A stretch of 63,428 bases of DNA, filler included, from Jimgerdemannia flammicorona (lineage: Eukaryota), in assembly GCA_003990765.1 (NCBI GenBank). It is 3 parts of 3 records of this genome, joined end to end, with 100 filler letters (N's around TTAATTAATTAA, not from the genome) between each part and the next. Parts side by side here need not be neighbours in the genome. Positions count along the whole stretch, not along the records: positions 1 to 21,083 come from RBNJ01001540.1; positions 21,184 to 42,256 come from RBNJ01001541.1; 1 more part is not named here. One strand, 5' to 3'. The first letter of the stretch is position 1; each line of letters opens with the position of its first letter. A program made the position numbers and the translations under genes. Below the pieces are notes generated by a model. That model searched no databases. It was not told where the DNA came from and worked only from the letters and a program-made list of their open reading frames with translations. Below are positions 13,142 through 24,200 of this stretch, piece by piece.

Positions 13142-13599
13142 TTTTTTTTTTTTTTATTTTTTTTTTTATAGTTACTTAGACTTCTATTTATTATCACTCA
13201 ATCTATAAATAATACTACATATGGACCCACAACCCTTCAGTCAATGTCCCTCAGATCCCCCTCCCTACTCTCTATCTCTCTCTACTAAAGGACAACCCCA
13301 CCACCCACTATCTGGACCCTTCCTCTACTCTTCTTGCAAATACAATTCACCAAGTTCTGATGGCCTCCCCCATCTGGTCCCCACCCTCTCCACCAACCAT
13401 TCAAAATGTCAAGTATTAACCATTCCCAATGTGCTACCCTAGCTCCAATTGTAACCTGCTGGCCCTCCTCAAAGACATGAAGCCAATGACTAGCCATCCC
13501 TACCCAAATTGCCAGAGCCCATCCCAAGATCAATCATTCATCCCCCACTCTACCCACTAATCTTCACCAGAGGTCCCCCCATCTCCCTCCTTCTCTCCC
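13142..13599 (-). mobile_element. 5'-truncated LINE (3' end plus poly-A) inserted in the 3' LTR of Gypsy A
   Basis: Poly-T then sequence homologous to the LINE 3' ends at 21184+ and 35600-36039. TSD TGAACCTA(C/T)AAG at 13130-13141 / 13600-13611; the same site is uninterrupted in the 5' LTR. Confidence 0.92.
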
Positions 13600-15145
13600 T
13601 GAACCTATAAGTATCTCTTTAAGCTACTTTAGGCCTATCAGAATTACCAGTCTTAGCCACTTCCTCTTAGAGAAACTAGAACTGTTACACCTTTGGTAGA
13701 GGCCTTAAAGGTTGGGCTATCAGTGGGCAAGATAATAGTACCTATGTCTAGATATTTGAGGTGGGATCTAAGGATCATGTAGTTCTTAGTAAAGGGGGTA
13801 TCTATGGTAATAGCTATTGAAACAAGGAGGAGGGTAGAGGAGGTTATGAAGAAGTATAGTAAGGTGATAGATATTGGATTCTGTATAAGAGGATACTATA
13901 TTCAGAACAGATAATGTAGATGTTAGGCTCTGGCTTGCTGGGAAGGAAGCCACTGGAAAGGCTAGAGACTGGCCTACAGTACTTATATGAGATACTTTTA
14001 TCTGCAAGATAACAAGGGTAAAGGAGAGTAAGAAGAAGAAAGAGGATTTTCTGGAGGCCCTGAAGGAACTAGGTAGAGCAGTGGAGAATTATTCAATAGT
14101 ATACAGACTTATTTGGTATTGATATATTTAAAAGTAGTAAATGATAAGAGAATATATATAAATAAGGTGATGTGGGAGAAGGCTTAGAAAAGAAAGAGGC
14201 AGAGAGAGCTGCTGGCTGATTTGACATAGAGAACAAAGAGCAGAGTGAGAGAGGGAATGAGAGGAGCAAAGAAGAGTAACTGGACTGAGAATAGAGAGGA
14301 AGAGAGGGCAGAAGTTATGGTATTGAGCAAGGAGGCAAGAGGTCAGTAGCTCTATAATAATGGTATACTCAAAGTCTGAGAGAAAGAGGTAGAATATCCA
14401 GTATAGACTAATGTTTAGAAAAAGTATAATATAGAGGATATAAAGATGAGGAGTACTTATAGAATTAGGTTTGGAATACTGGATGTTGAGAAGAGAGAGC
14501 AGGTAGTTAGGGGGGGGAGGATGAGTTGCTTGATGTTCCAGAGGTAGAGTGAGATGAGTCTGCTAGTATTGGAACTAATGCTACTTTGTTGAAGAAAGAG
14601 AGGCCTGTGACTCCAGATGGGAAATATCTGAATAATACTTACTGAATATTTTTAGTAATGAGAAAGTTAGCTACTGATGAGCTAGAAGAGATGGACCTAT
14701 GTATTATCAGTGAGAAAGCCTGAGAGAGAATATTGAGTAGTGAGAGAGTAGTAATGAGGCTGAAGTCTGAAGTTCTAGCTGTAATGTTGAAGACTAAAGG
14801 CTCTGAGATTGATGTGAAAAAGAAGACTCATTTAGTAGTGGTTACTGAGAAATGTGCTAATTTTTAGTAGAGACAGAGAAATAGATTACAGATCTGACTA
14901 GTACTTGGAATAAATCAAATTGAGAGCCAATTTGATTCAAACTAATTCAAATTAGAGTTCAATTCAATTTGAGTTAAATTAAATTGAGGGCCAATTCAAT
15001 TTTGAATCAAATCAAGTCATAATTTGAATTGAATCAAATTCAAAACTAAATATAGTAATTCCAAACACATATAATATAACTTATAATATATATACACATA
15101 TATTCTCCTAAAGTAATTATATCAGATGTACCTTTTACACTCTCT

Positions 15146-15432
15146 ATGGAGAATACTATGACAACAGCCTCAGTGTCAGATATAGCTTCAACAAGTCTAG
15201 CTTCAATAAGTTTAGCTTCAATAAGTATAATCCTATCTGAGAAAGGAAAAGAAAAAGTACAAGAGCAATCTGGTATTTGGAAGAAGTTTACAAAGGAGAT
15301 AAGAAAAATAAAAATATCTAAATTAAATATAACTATTGTAAGATATCATATAAGGCTATTGGTGGCTCAATAACAAATTTGTAAGTACATTTTGACAAAT
15401 TTCATAAGAGTTGTCAAACAGAAGTAATAGAG

Positions 15433-15525
<93 letters not shown>

Positions 15526-17785
15526 AAAATATAGTTTTTATATAACTTATCTGCTTTTTTTTCTTTTCTTATTATTCTTATTATTAATTTATTGCTTCTT
15601 GATAATTCTCTTAATAGTCAAGATTCTCTGTAAAGTTATTTCAAGACATTACTATTTCTTCTGCTGTAACTATATGAAATAAAATTAGACTGATCTTTTA
15701 ATAAAAACATGATGTTGTCAAAATTACACTATATGTAAGATTTAATATTTTAATGTTAAATATGAATTCAAATATTTCAAAGTTAGATAGCTTTGAATTA
15801 ACCTTATTTCAATTTATTTATTTGGAAATAGAATATATCTGGTCAAATATCCTTCACTATTAATATATGAATATCACTAAATATACATACATTTCTTAGA
15901 ATTAAAGCATACTAGATTTGTCAAAATTAGCAACTCAACTATATGTTGATTGCTTTTATCAAGCTATCAGGATCTCATTTGGGTGAAAATCTTGCTGGTG
16001 CCTTTGTAAACTGTATTCAAGATTTTGGTATATAGACAAAGGTATATAAAGAACAAGCCTTTCAAAAGATCACATTTTAAAAAGGTCAGGTTTTCAAAAA
16101 AGGTCAGATTTTCAAAAAAGGTCAGGTTTTTGAAAAAGGTCAGGTTTTTTAAAAAGATTGAGTTTTCAAAAATAGTCAGATTTTCAAAAAAGGTCAGGCT
16201 TTCAAAAAAGGTTGAGTTTTTGAAAAAAGGTTATCTTATATTCAAATTATTGATTTTTCACTCTAGATATTAGCTATAACAACAGACAATACATCCAACA
16301 ATACTATATTTTTTCAAACAATCAGAACAAAGTTCAATTATACTGATCTCAACTATTAGCCAATATAACATATATACTATCTGGCTCATATAATTAATTT
16401 GACTGTTTAGGACTTTTTAGTCTATTTAAAAGCTGATGATGATGTAAGTAAAGATGGTTCTGGAGAAATAATTTCAAAGCTCCAATTAATTATTATCAAG
16501 ATCTGGTCATCACTATAATATTGAGAGAGATTTACTATATAACATAAAGCTTTTGAAGTCTGCAATCCAAAAGAACTTATTTTGGACATTAAAACTCAAT
16601 TAAATTCAACATATTTAATAGTTGAACAGGCTTTAGAATTATCAGAGATAAGTTGATTATATTATTTTTAATTTTTTTATTTTTTAGATTTTTCTTCAAA
16701 TAATCTAATAAATTAATTTATTAATAGCCTTTAACCTCAATGGTTATAGCTGATAAAGATTTGTGAAAATATGCTATAGAAGACTATATTTGGCAGATGC
16801 TAAAAGACATTATTGGTATACTAAAGTGCTTAAAACAAACAATAGATCTTACAGCTTATCATAAATATCCAACAATTTATTCTACTGTTCCTATTTACAA
16901 CTTTCTAATATATATATTGGAGGATAATGATCAAGAAATTTGAAGAGCTGAATATCATTCACCTGGCACTAACTGTAGCTATTACCAAGTTGAAGACATA
17001 TTATTCAATGATAAATACTCTAATTTATTATATTGATACTGATAAGTAAATATTTCAAAATTTACTTAATATCAGAGACAGTGTAAATCTATTTTAAAAT
17101 TCACTTGGTATTGAAAACAGTATAAATCTATTTCAAAATTCACTTGTTGGCCACTACTAATTTATTTTAAATTTTATTTTGTTTTATTGATTTAATGAAA
17201 ACCAGTACTTGATCCCAGGCTTAAGCTAGAATACTATTTATTGCATAATTGGGAAGACATTTGGACTGAAGAGGTTAAAGACAAACTTTATATAGTTTAT
17301 AATAAAAACTATACTTCTCTATCTAGATTAATTAATTAAATAAGTTCTGAAGATCATGAAGAAGTAGAAGATGATATCAATGCTGTACTATATAAATATA
17401 TATTCAACAAAAGACATAAACTGATAACAAATCCTGAGCAGGAGATGGATGCTTATTTAAAAAGTAAAACTATTAAATTTCAAGCAGGAGTTGATATATT
17501 ATCTTGATGACAAGTAAGTTGGGAATTTATATTTGAATTAGGTCAATTCAAAATATTATTTGAGTTTCTCTAATTGATTTAATTAATTGGGAATATTAGG
17601 GCCATAGTGGAGATTTCCCAAATTTAGCAAAAATGACATATGACTACTTAGCTATCCCAGTAATAAGTACTCCAATTGAGAGAGTTTTCTCAAGTAGTAA
17701 AGATCTTGTAGTAGCTAAAAGAGATGCTTTAGACCCTGAAACAATTTTTAAATATATGTATTTAAAGATATAGCAATTAGTCTAG
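15146..17785 (+). pseudogene. Intron-containing hAT transposase
   Basis: BED-like SGIWKKF ~15270; FTINI*IS (FTTDIWTS-like) ~15855; ILAITTDN 16267; decayed TRWNST ~16590; LDPRLK ~17208; FPNLAKM..DYLAIP..S.PIERVFS dimerisation domain ~17610-17760. Introns e.g. 15736-15831, 16042-16266, 17514-17599. Confidence 0.88.
16058..16231. repeat. 18-bp minisatellite (TTTTCAAAAAAGGTCAGG)n inside a transposase intron
   Basis: About 9 visible copies between the intron GT at 16042 and AG at 16266. Confidence 0.85.
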
Positions 17786-18124
17786 TATTCCAATAATAAT
17801 AGCCAATCCCAAATATCAAAATGTAGTTAAATTTTGAAATATCAAATAAATATAGCACTCAGGTATTATATTATACAAGTATCCCAGAACTTATAGATAT
17901 ACTATATCTGAATATAATTTCTAAATACATATCTGATTGTTATATTCAAATATAATTTTTATCATTTTCAGCTCTGATGAGATAAGTGAGATATCATTGT
18001 ATCTACCTGAGAGCACTAGAGACAGATGACAAGTAGTGTAAATTATATAATATATAGAATTTTGAATATATTCAAAGCTTAAAGATATATATTATACATA
18101 CTTGATTGCTATATCTGAAATACT

Positions 18125-18515
18125 TATGCTTATAAGCTTGCAAGTCCATAATTCTATAAGCAATAAGCATAAGCTAAGAGCTTTGAATATTGCAACAAGT
18201 ACAAGCCTACAATCCTGCAAGTAATAAGTATAAGCTAAGAGCTTTGAATATTGCAACAAGAGCAATAAGCATAAGCCAAGAGCTTTGAATATTGTAATAA
18301 GTACAAGCTCCCAATCTTACAAGCAATAAAACCCCTCAAGTCTGCAATCTTATAAGTAACAAGTATAAGTCAAGAGCTTCAAATATTATAATAAGTGTAA
18401 GCCTAAAATCCTGCAAGCAATAAGTATAAGCTGAAAACTTCAAATATTGTAATAATTATAAGCCTGTAAGCCTGCAAGTAATAAGCCTAAGCTGAGAGCT
18501 TCAGATATTATAACA
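18125..18515. repeat. ~60-bp degenerate tandem repeat inside the hAT element
   Basis: Recurring GCAATAAG(C/T)ATAAGC(C/T)AAGAGCTT(T/C)(G/A)AATATT. Confidence 0.8.
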
Positions 18516-18587
18516 AATATAGATAGAATATATATAAATAAGCTAGCTTTAATAATAAAAAACAAACCACAAACCAAAAACCAAAAA

Positions 18588-19330
18588 ATGATCTCATCTT
18601 ATAAAAAACTTCAATTCTATATCAATCATCTTTCTGGAGCCTTTGAGGATATAAACAATACTATCAATAAGGTTGTCATCTGATTGGATGATGAAGAACC
18701 TAAGACTGATGATGAATATAAGAAAAAGAAAAAGATTGAAGAAGTAATTAAGCAATTCATCTTAAGAACTGTACCTGAAGCTACTCCTTAGACTACCTCT
18801 GAAGCCTCCATTCTTGAGGCCTCTGAAGAACTTTCAAGCCCAAGCTGCCACCCAAGCCCAAGCTACTGCTACCCTAGCCCAAACTGCCACCCAAGCCCAA
18901 GTTGCTACTGCTGCCCAAGCTACCACCTAAGTCCAAGCTGCTGCCCAAGTCCAAGTCACTGTCTAAGCTATTGCCCAAGCCCAAGCTGCCATCTAAGCCC
19001 AAGTCACTGCCCAAGTCCAAGCCACTACCTAAGCCCAAGCTGCCACCTAAGTCTAAGCTACCACTTAAGCCCAAGCTACTGCCCAAGCCCAAGCTGCTGC
19101 CCAAGCCACTGCCCAAGCCCAAGCTGCCACCCAAGTCTAAGCTGCCACTTAAGCCCAAGCTACTGCCCAAGCCCAAGCTGCTGCCCAAGCCACTGCCTAT
19201 CTAAAAACTAAAGATCAATCTTATACAAGCTGTAGCAATTGCAGAAGATATAGAAAACTATAGTATACTCTTCTCAAAATCTGTCAACTCAATTCATTGA
19301 TCCCTAATCTTCTATTAAAAAAAGAGGTTA
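18588..19330 (+). pseudogene. Second (cargo) ORF in the hAT with Gln-Ala repeat and a CxxC basic motif
   Basis: ATG at 18588 after an A-rich leader: MISSYKKLQFYINHLSGAFEDINNTINK...DDEEPKTDDEY. Then a (GCCCAA)-based repeat 18836-19200 readable as QAQAAA, then SCSNCRRYRKL at ~19230. Confidence 0.5.
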
Positions 19331-20280
19331 TATAATAATGCTCACCAGATAGCTTCCATTATGGCCAGGTATTGCTGAGATTAGGACCAGGGCCAGGGTT
19401 ACATATATGTGTGAGAATTTTGAAAATATATATTAGTTATGTGTGAATTTCAGTTATATATTTATATATGAATTTCAAGTAATGTATCTTTTAAATAAAG
19501 AACTAATTACCTCATAATATAAACTACTAAAAATCTTAAATTGATGTTCAATTCAATTCAACTAATTTGAATTGGACCCTCGATTTGATTTGAATCAACT
19601 CTAATTTGATTTGATTCAAATTAATTCAATTCATTTGGGAGTACTAGATCTGGTAGCTATTATGTGAGGAGTATAAGGAGTTGATGTAGACCAGGGATAA
19701 TGAGGAGATGGTAGAGATACTGGCTGGATTGAATACTAAGAAGGTTAAGAATATTGAAGCTAATGCAGAACATGACCTGGATATTGCTAGAGAGAAAATA
19801 AGTATAGAATTATAAAGGAGATAAGAATTCTAAAGATTCCATTATTTCCTTATAAACAGTATAACTAATATTTTCTTACTGAATTGAATGGTCTGAGAGA
19901 CTCTATAAGATATTAAAACATTTTTGCTTGACTGCAAGACTTGAAGGCAGATCTCTTTTTAGTATAGGATGTGTACTGTAAGAAGAAATTAGATATATAG
20001 ATATAGACAAGGGAATGGAGGAGTGAGGCAGTTTGGAGAGACAAGGTGGGGATTCTAGTATAGAGGGCAAGAAGGAACTATGTGAGATTGGGAGATGGGG
20101 AGACCACTTGGTATAGGAGGAATAATAAAGACTATAGTGAGATTCAGTGGTAGTAGACTCTTACTATTGTCCAGCTATAAGGAGTGATTGAGTAGAGTAG
20201 CTAAATGAGCTTCTGAAATATGAAGCTCTAGCTGAAGCAGATGTGGATGTACTGGAGAGAGACTTTAATATAGTATATAA

Positions 20281-20540
20281 TGTCACTGAGATCTTTCAGA
20301 GCCTCCAGCAGATCCTTCTTCTCCTTCTCACTCTCTTTCACTCTTATTACCTTATAGATAAAGGCACCTCTCATCAGAACTAAAGACTAGTCTCTAGCCT
20401 TTCTGATAGCCTCCTTCTCTACCAGCCAGAGCTGCACATTCACATTCTCTATTATAAATGAGGTCCCCTCCCACACCCAAAATCCAATATCCACCACCTC
20501 TTTATACTCTCTTATAATCTTCTCTATCCTTCTATTTATA
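20281..20540 (-). mobile_element. Inverted internal fragment of LINE ORF1
   Basis: The reverse complement aligns with ~13830-14075 and ~30990-31240. Confidence 0.75.
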
Positions 20541-20919
20541 TAATAGTAGCTGAGAGATAAAAGAAAAAAAACTCACTAGTAAGAATATTGATATTATTGA
20601 GTAGTATTAGTAGTGAGAGAGCTAAAGTGGTGGCATGGTTGAGAAAGAGATATATTGCAGAAGGAGAGTGTTGTCATATATCAGAAACTAGAGGAGCAGA
20701 ATTATAGTCAGCTGAGTCAGATATAGAGGAATTGATAGCAGGCTATTGGTAGGGCTGAAATAGGTTGAATTGAGTATTGAAGTAATGATCTTATATAATA
20801 AACCTATTTATGATATTCTTGAGAGTGGGGGAGGACATAGTGTCTGAAGTAGAGAGCTTAGATATAGTATAGATAGAGATACATATGAAGTAGTATGTAA
20901 CTGAGCTATCTATATCTAC

Positions 20920-21083
20920 TGTGACGGTACAGCCGAATTTGGAAGAAGGAAATAGGGAATAGACACTTGATCGCACCCATTCCCAAAGTAGTATAGCCTT
21001 ATAGTTAGCAGTCCTCGATTTCGACATTGTCTAATTTCTTAGACATTGTCTAAATTTTAGACATTATCCAAATCGAATACCCC
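20920..21083 (+). mobile_element. 5' part of a Gypsy-B LTR, cut off by the contig end
   Basis: TGTGACGGTACAGCCGAATTTGGAAGAAGGAAATAGGGAATAGACACTTGATCGCACCC... matches the reverse complement of 57915-58060. Confidence 0.93.
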
Positions 21084-21183
21084 NNNNNNNNNNNNNNNNN
21101 NNNNNNNNNNNNNNNNNNNNNNNNNNNTTAATTAATTAANNNNNNNNNNNNNNNNNNNNNNNNNNNNNNNNNNNNNNNNNNNN
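21084..21183. other. Artificial contig linker
   Basis: N44 + TTAATTAATTAA (stops in all six frames) + N44 = 100 bp. Confidence 0.97.
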
Positions 21184-21215
<32 letters not shown>

Positions 21216-24200
21216 GTCTCTTGGACTCCTTTCTTTATTAATATACTAATCTATCCTATATAAATACACTGAGCCCACCCCTTACCCAATCCCCCTAGGG
21301 GGACCTCTCTCTTCTACCCATACTCAATAAAAGATCACTTTGTCTAACACCATTGCCACCTGCCCACCACTCTGTTCACAGATCCCTTCTACCAGACCAT
21401 GATATCATCCATCCTAGAGACCCCAACCCACCCATCACTCAGTTATCAGATCCTCCATCAACTTCTTCCATCTTAACAACTTTTCCTGTAAACCCAACTG
21501 TTACCTCTCCTCAAAGACAAAGAGCCAATGTCCAGCTAATCCCACTCACACTGCTAAAACCTACCCTACAGTGAGCCAACTATTGCCCACACCACCCATT
21601 AGCTGAGATTTCAAATCCTCCCAGTGGCCTTGCTCATCATCCAGCCTCTACTCCACACCTAGCTGATTCCCTACTTCTATCCAAAAGTCCCCCAGCACCT
21701 CACACTCTCCCAGCCAATGTTCTAGCATCTGCACAAATTCCCCAACTTGTCCCACATTATAACACTCCTTACAATCTAATTGGCTACCTTCCACTAAATA
21801 CCCTATATGGAAATTCAACATAATGTTCCTCTATAGCATCCACCACTATACCACCCAGAACTTGGGAGGAAGCCATTTTCACATCTCAGCACTCTATGAC
21901 CAGACACCTGCTTAGTTCCACTCCTCACCAATCCTTGCCACCTGCCATCCACTTGGCCAAAGATTCTGGCCAAGACCCTGCTGATACTCCAATGTCAAAT
22001 GAAGCAAATAAAGCACTCCCCAGAAGCAATCTGTCCCAACACCACATATTTGGACCCCAAGGCACCTCCCCCTCATTGCCCTATCAGTATAGGCCTATTC
22101 AGTGTGCTCCATCCACCACTCCCTACCAGAAGCCCTTAAACCACAGCTGTCAACATCCATTTAGCTCTACCAGAGCAAGCAAATCTCCCAAGGACCCTTA
22201 AGGGAAGAATCTCATCTCCCACACCCTCTGCAGCAGTAGCACCCAACCCCCTTCCTGCAATTCAATAGCTCTCTTCAACCACCAGACTTGCAGGCAGTAC
22301 AATCTCTTAGAGAAATCCACAAGGTCTAGTTCTCCCCTAACTACTGGAGTTACAAGAGTATCCCAACTGATCTGAGACCTCCTCCCAGCCCAAATCCAAT
22401 CTCTAGCCATCTTTGTCAACCTCTTCACCACTCAAGCTAAGAAGTCTAGGTGATATGCCACATACCATAGCTTGGAAAATCAGTAGATATTCAGAATTGA
22501 CATCTGCTCTGTCAGGGAGATATAGCAACCCCCCCAACCTCAAAGGGCCTCCCCCCAAATAGCTACCCTCCTCTCCCACCACACTTGTGGCAAGACAGAT
22601 CCATATACAGAAAGGAAGATGCCCAGATACCACACCATCTCTCCTATAGGGACAATTGTTTCAATGACATCTCCACCCACCAGTCCATTTCCCAACACTA
22701 TTATCTCACACTTATGCCAGTTGAGTTTTACCCCAGAGCGTGCCTCATACCAATCTACCATTTTCTTGAGTGCCCCTATATCTGCCACTGATCCAAGTCT
22801 AACCACCATATCATCTATAAAGGCCCCCACCTTCTACACTACACTATACATAGAGAGCCCTTCCACCTTTCAATATATCCTATCCATCAAAGGTTCCAAA
22901 GAAAGAGCATAGAGGAGAGGAGACAGCAGGTCTCCTTGAGGAACTCCTCTTTCTAAGGGAAATGACAAACCTCTGTGACTATTATACATCAGTGCTGCCC
23001 TGCTACCCTCCAACAAATTCAATATAGAAGTCTGAAATCATAGGAGCACACCAATTCTGTCTAGTACCTTGCCCAGCCATACCTGCCAAACATGGTCATA
23101 GGCCTTCTCTTGGTCCAAGAAGATCAGTCTACCATCTAGTTCACATGCCTGAACTCCTTCAATGATGCTATGCACCCAGGCAGTCCTGTCTCTGATAAGT
23201 CTGTCTCCTACAAAGCCCCACTGCTCCTCACTCAGTACCTGCTAGGCAACCTTCTGTAGCCTCGCAACAATTATCTTAGTCACTATCTTCCTGTCTATAT
23301 CCAGAAGCATGATCAGCCTCCAGTTCTTCCAGTCCTCCCACCTTCTCTTATCTTTATACAATAAGGCCACCAGCCCCAAGTCTTACTCCCCAACCCACTT
23401 ACCATTCAGAAGGACATGGTCACAGAGGGCAGCCATCTCACCTAACACTCCAGGAACTTTCACCATCCTCTTCCAGAAGTCCCAAGGTAACCCATCCTCC
23501 CCTAGTACTGTTCTAAGCTTAGTTACTGCAAGAACTCTCTAGATCTCCTCCTCTTAGACCAGTAAGATCAAGTCACCCAGCCCCTCTACCTGTGGTGGCT
23601 CCCACTCCTCCAGCATGTCTCCAATTGCCTCTTCATCTCCTTACTCTACAGACCCTGCCATCTCTCCTTCAAAACCCCCAAGATCTATTGCATGCTGTGC
23701 ACTATATCTCTCTTAGTATCAAAGACCCCATCCCACTGATGTCACACCCTCTTAGCTTTGAGAAGTCTAGACAAGTACCTAGTAGGCTGCTCTTCCTCCT
23801 CAAGTCCCTGCCACTATAGCCTGGCAGCCATTCCTTTCAAATGAATCTCCTCCTCCTCTCTCAAAACCTATTACAGCTCTATTATCTCCAATTTTGCCCA
23901 CTCTAACCTCCAATCCTCCACCTCTTCAAAAGAAAGCAAATTAACCCATTCTATCTGCAATCTTATCAGTCTATTAGAAGCATACCTTACACACTTCCTT
24001 CTCTATCTCCCAGCCTCCCTACCAGCTCCTCCCTAATAGATTCTCACTATCTCTTTCAACCTCATCCAATAGATATCTACAGATAAATCCTTGTATCTCT
24101 AGATAGGAATCCTCACTTAGATGTTCTCTACCCATGAGTTCCACAATACCTTCTCAGCCAGCAGGGAGGAGTTAAGGCACCAATGTCTGGGTCCATCTCT

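Larger units (their letters stand above)
7191..13689 (+). mobile_element. Ty3/Gypsy chromovirus 'A', full length and decayed; order gag-dUTPase-PR-RT-RH-IN-chromodomain
   Basis: LTRs 7191-7601 and 12763-13689 (TGTAAC...GTTACA). 5-bp TSD CCTTT (7186-7190 / 13690-13694). PBS-like TG(A)TAGCAG at ~7604; PPT 12750-12762. Confidence 0.95.
14899..19646 (+). mobile_element. hAT DNA transposon, ~4.75 kb, decayed
   Basis: Termini TAGTACT.../...AGTACTA with arrays of AATT(C/T)(G/A)A subterminal repeats. 8-bp TSD GATCTGAC / GATCTGGT; the host LINE resumes across it. Confidence 0.9.
6395..20280 (+). mobile_element. L1/Tx1-like LINE copy 1 (5'UTR, ORF1, start of ORF2 endonuclease); heavily decayed, split by Gypsy and hAT insertions, 3' truncated
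   Basis: Segments 6395-7190, 13690-14898 and 19647-20280 are collinear with 30134-32700 (5'UTR ATCTTTCTC..., ORF1, then NSTTNIF..NGLR- and GDFN-like APE motifs at ~19855-20270). Confidence 0.85.

Noticed and set aside
16025..16273. KKVRFS-repeat protein
   Set aside because: Translation of an intronic 18-bp minisatellite.
18874..19204. PK-rich (+) and GLGS-rich (-) ORFs
   Set aside because: Alternative frames of the (GCCCAA) repeat that remain open by chance; the QA frame fits the flanking ORF better.
21128..21139. TTAATTAATTAA as a biological motif (also 42301-42312)
   Set aside because: It is a six-frame-stop linker centred in exact N runs.
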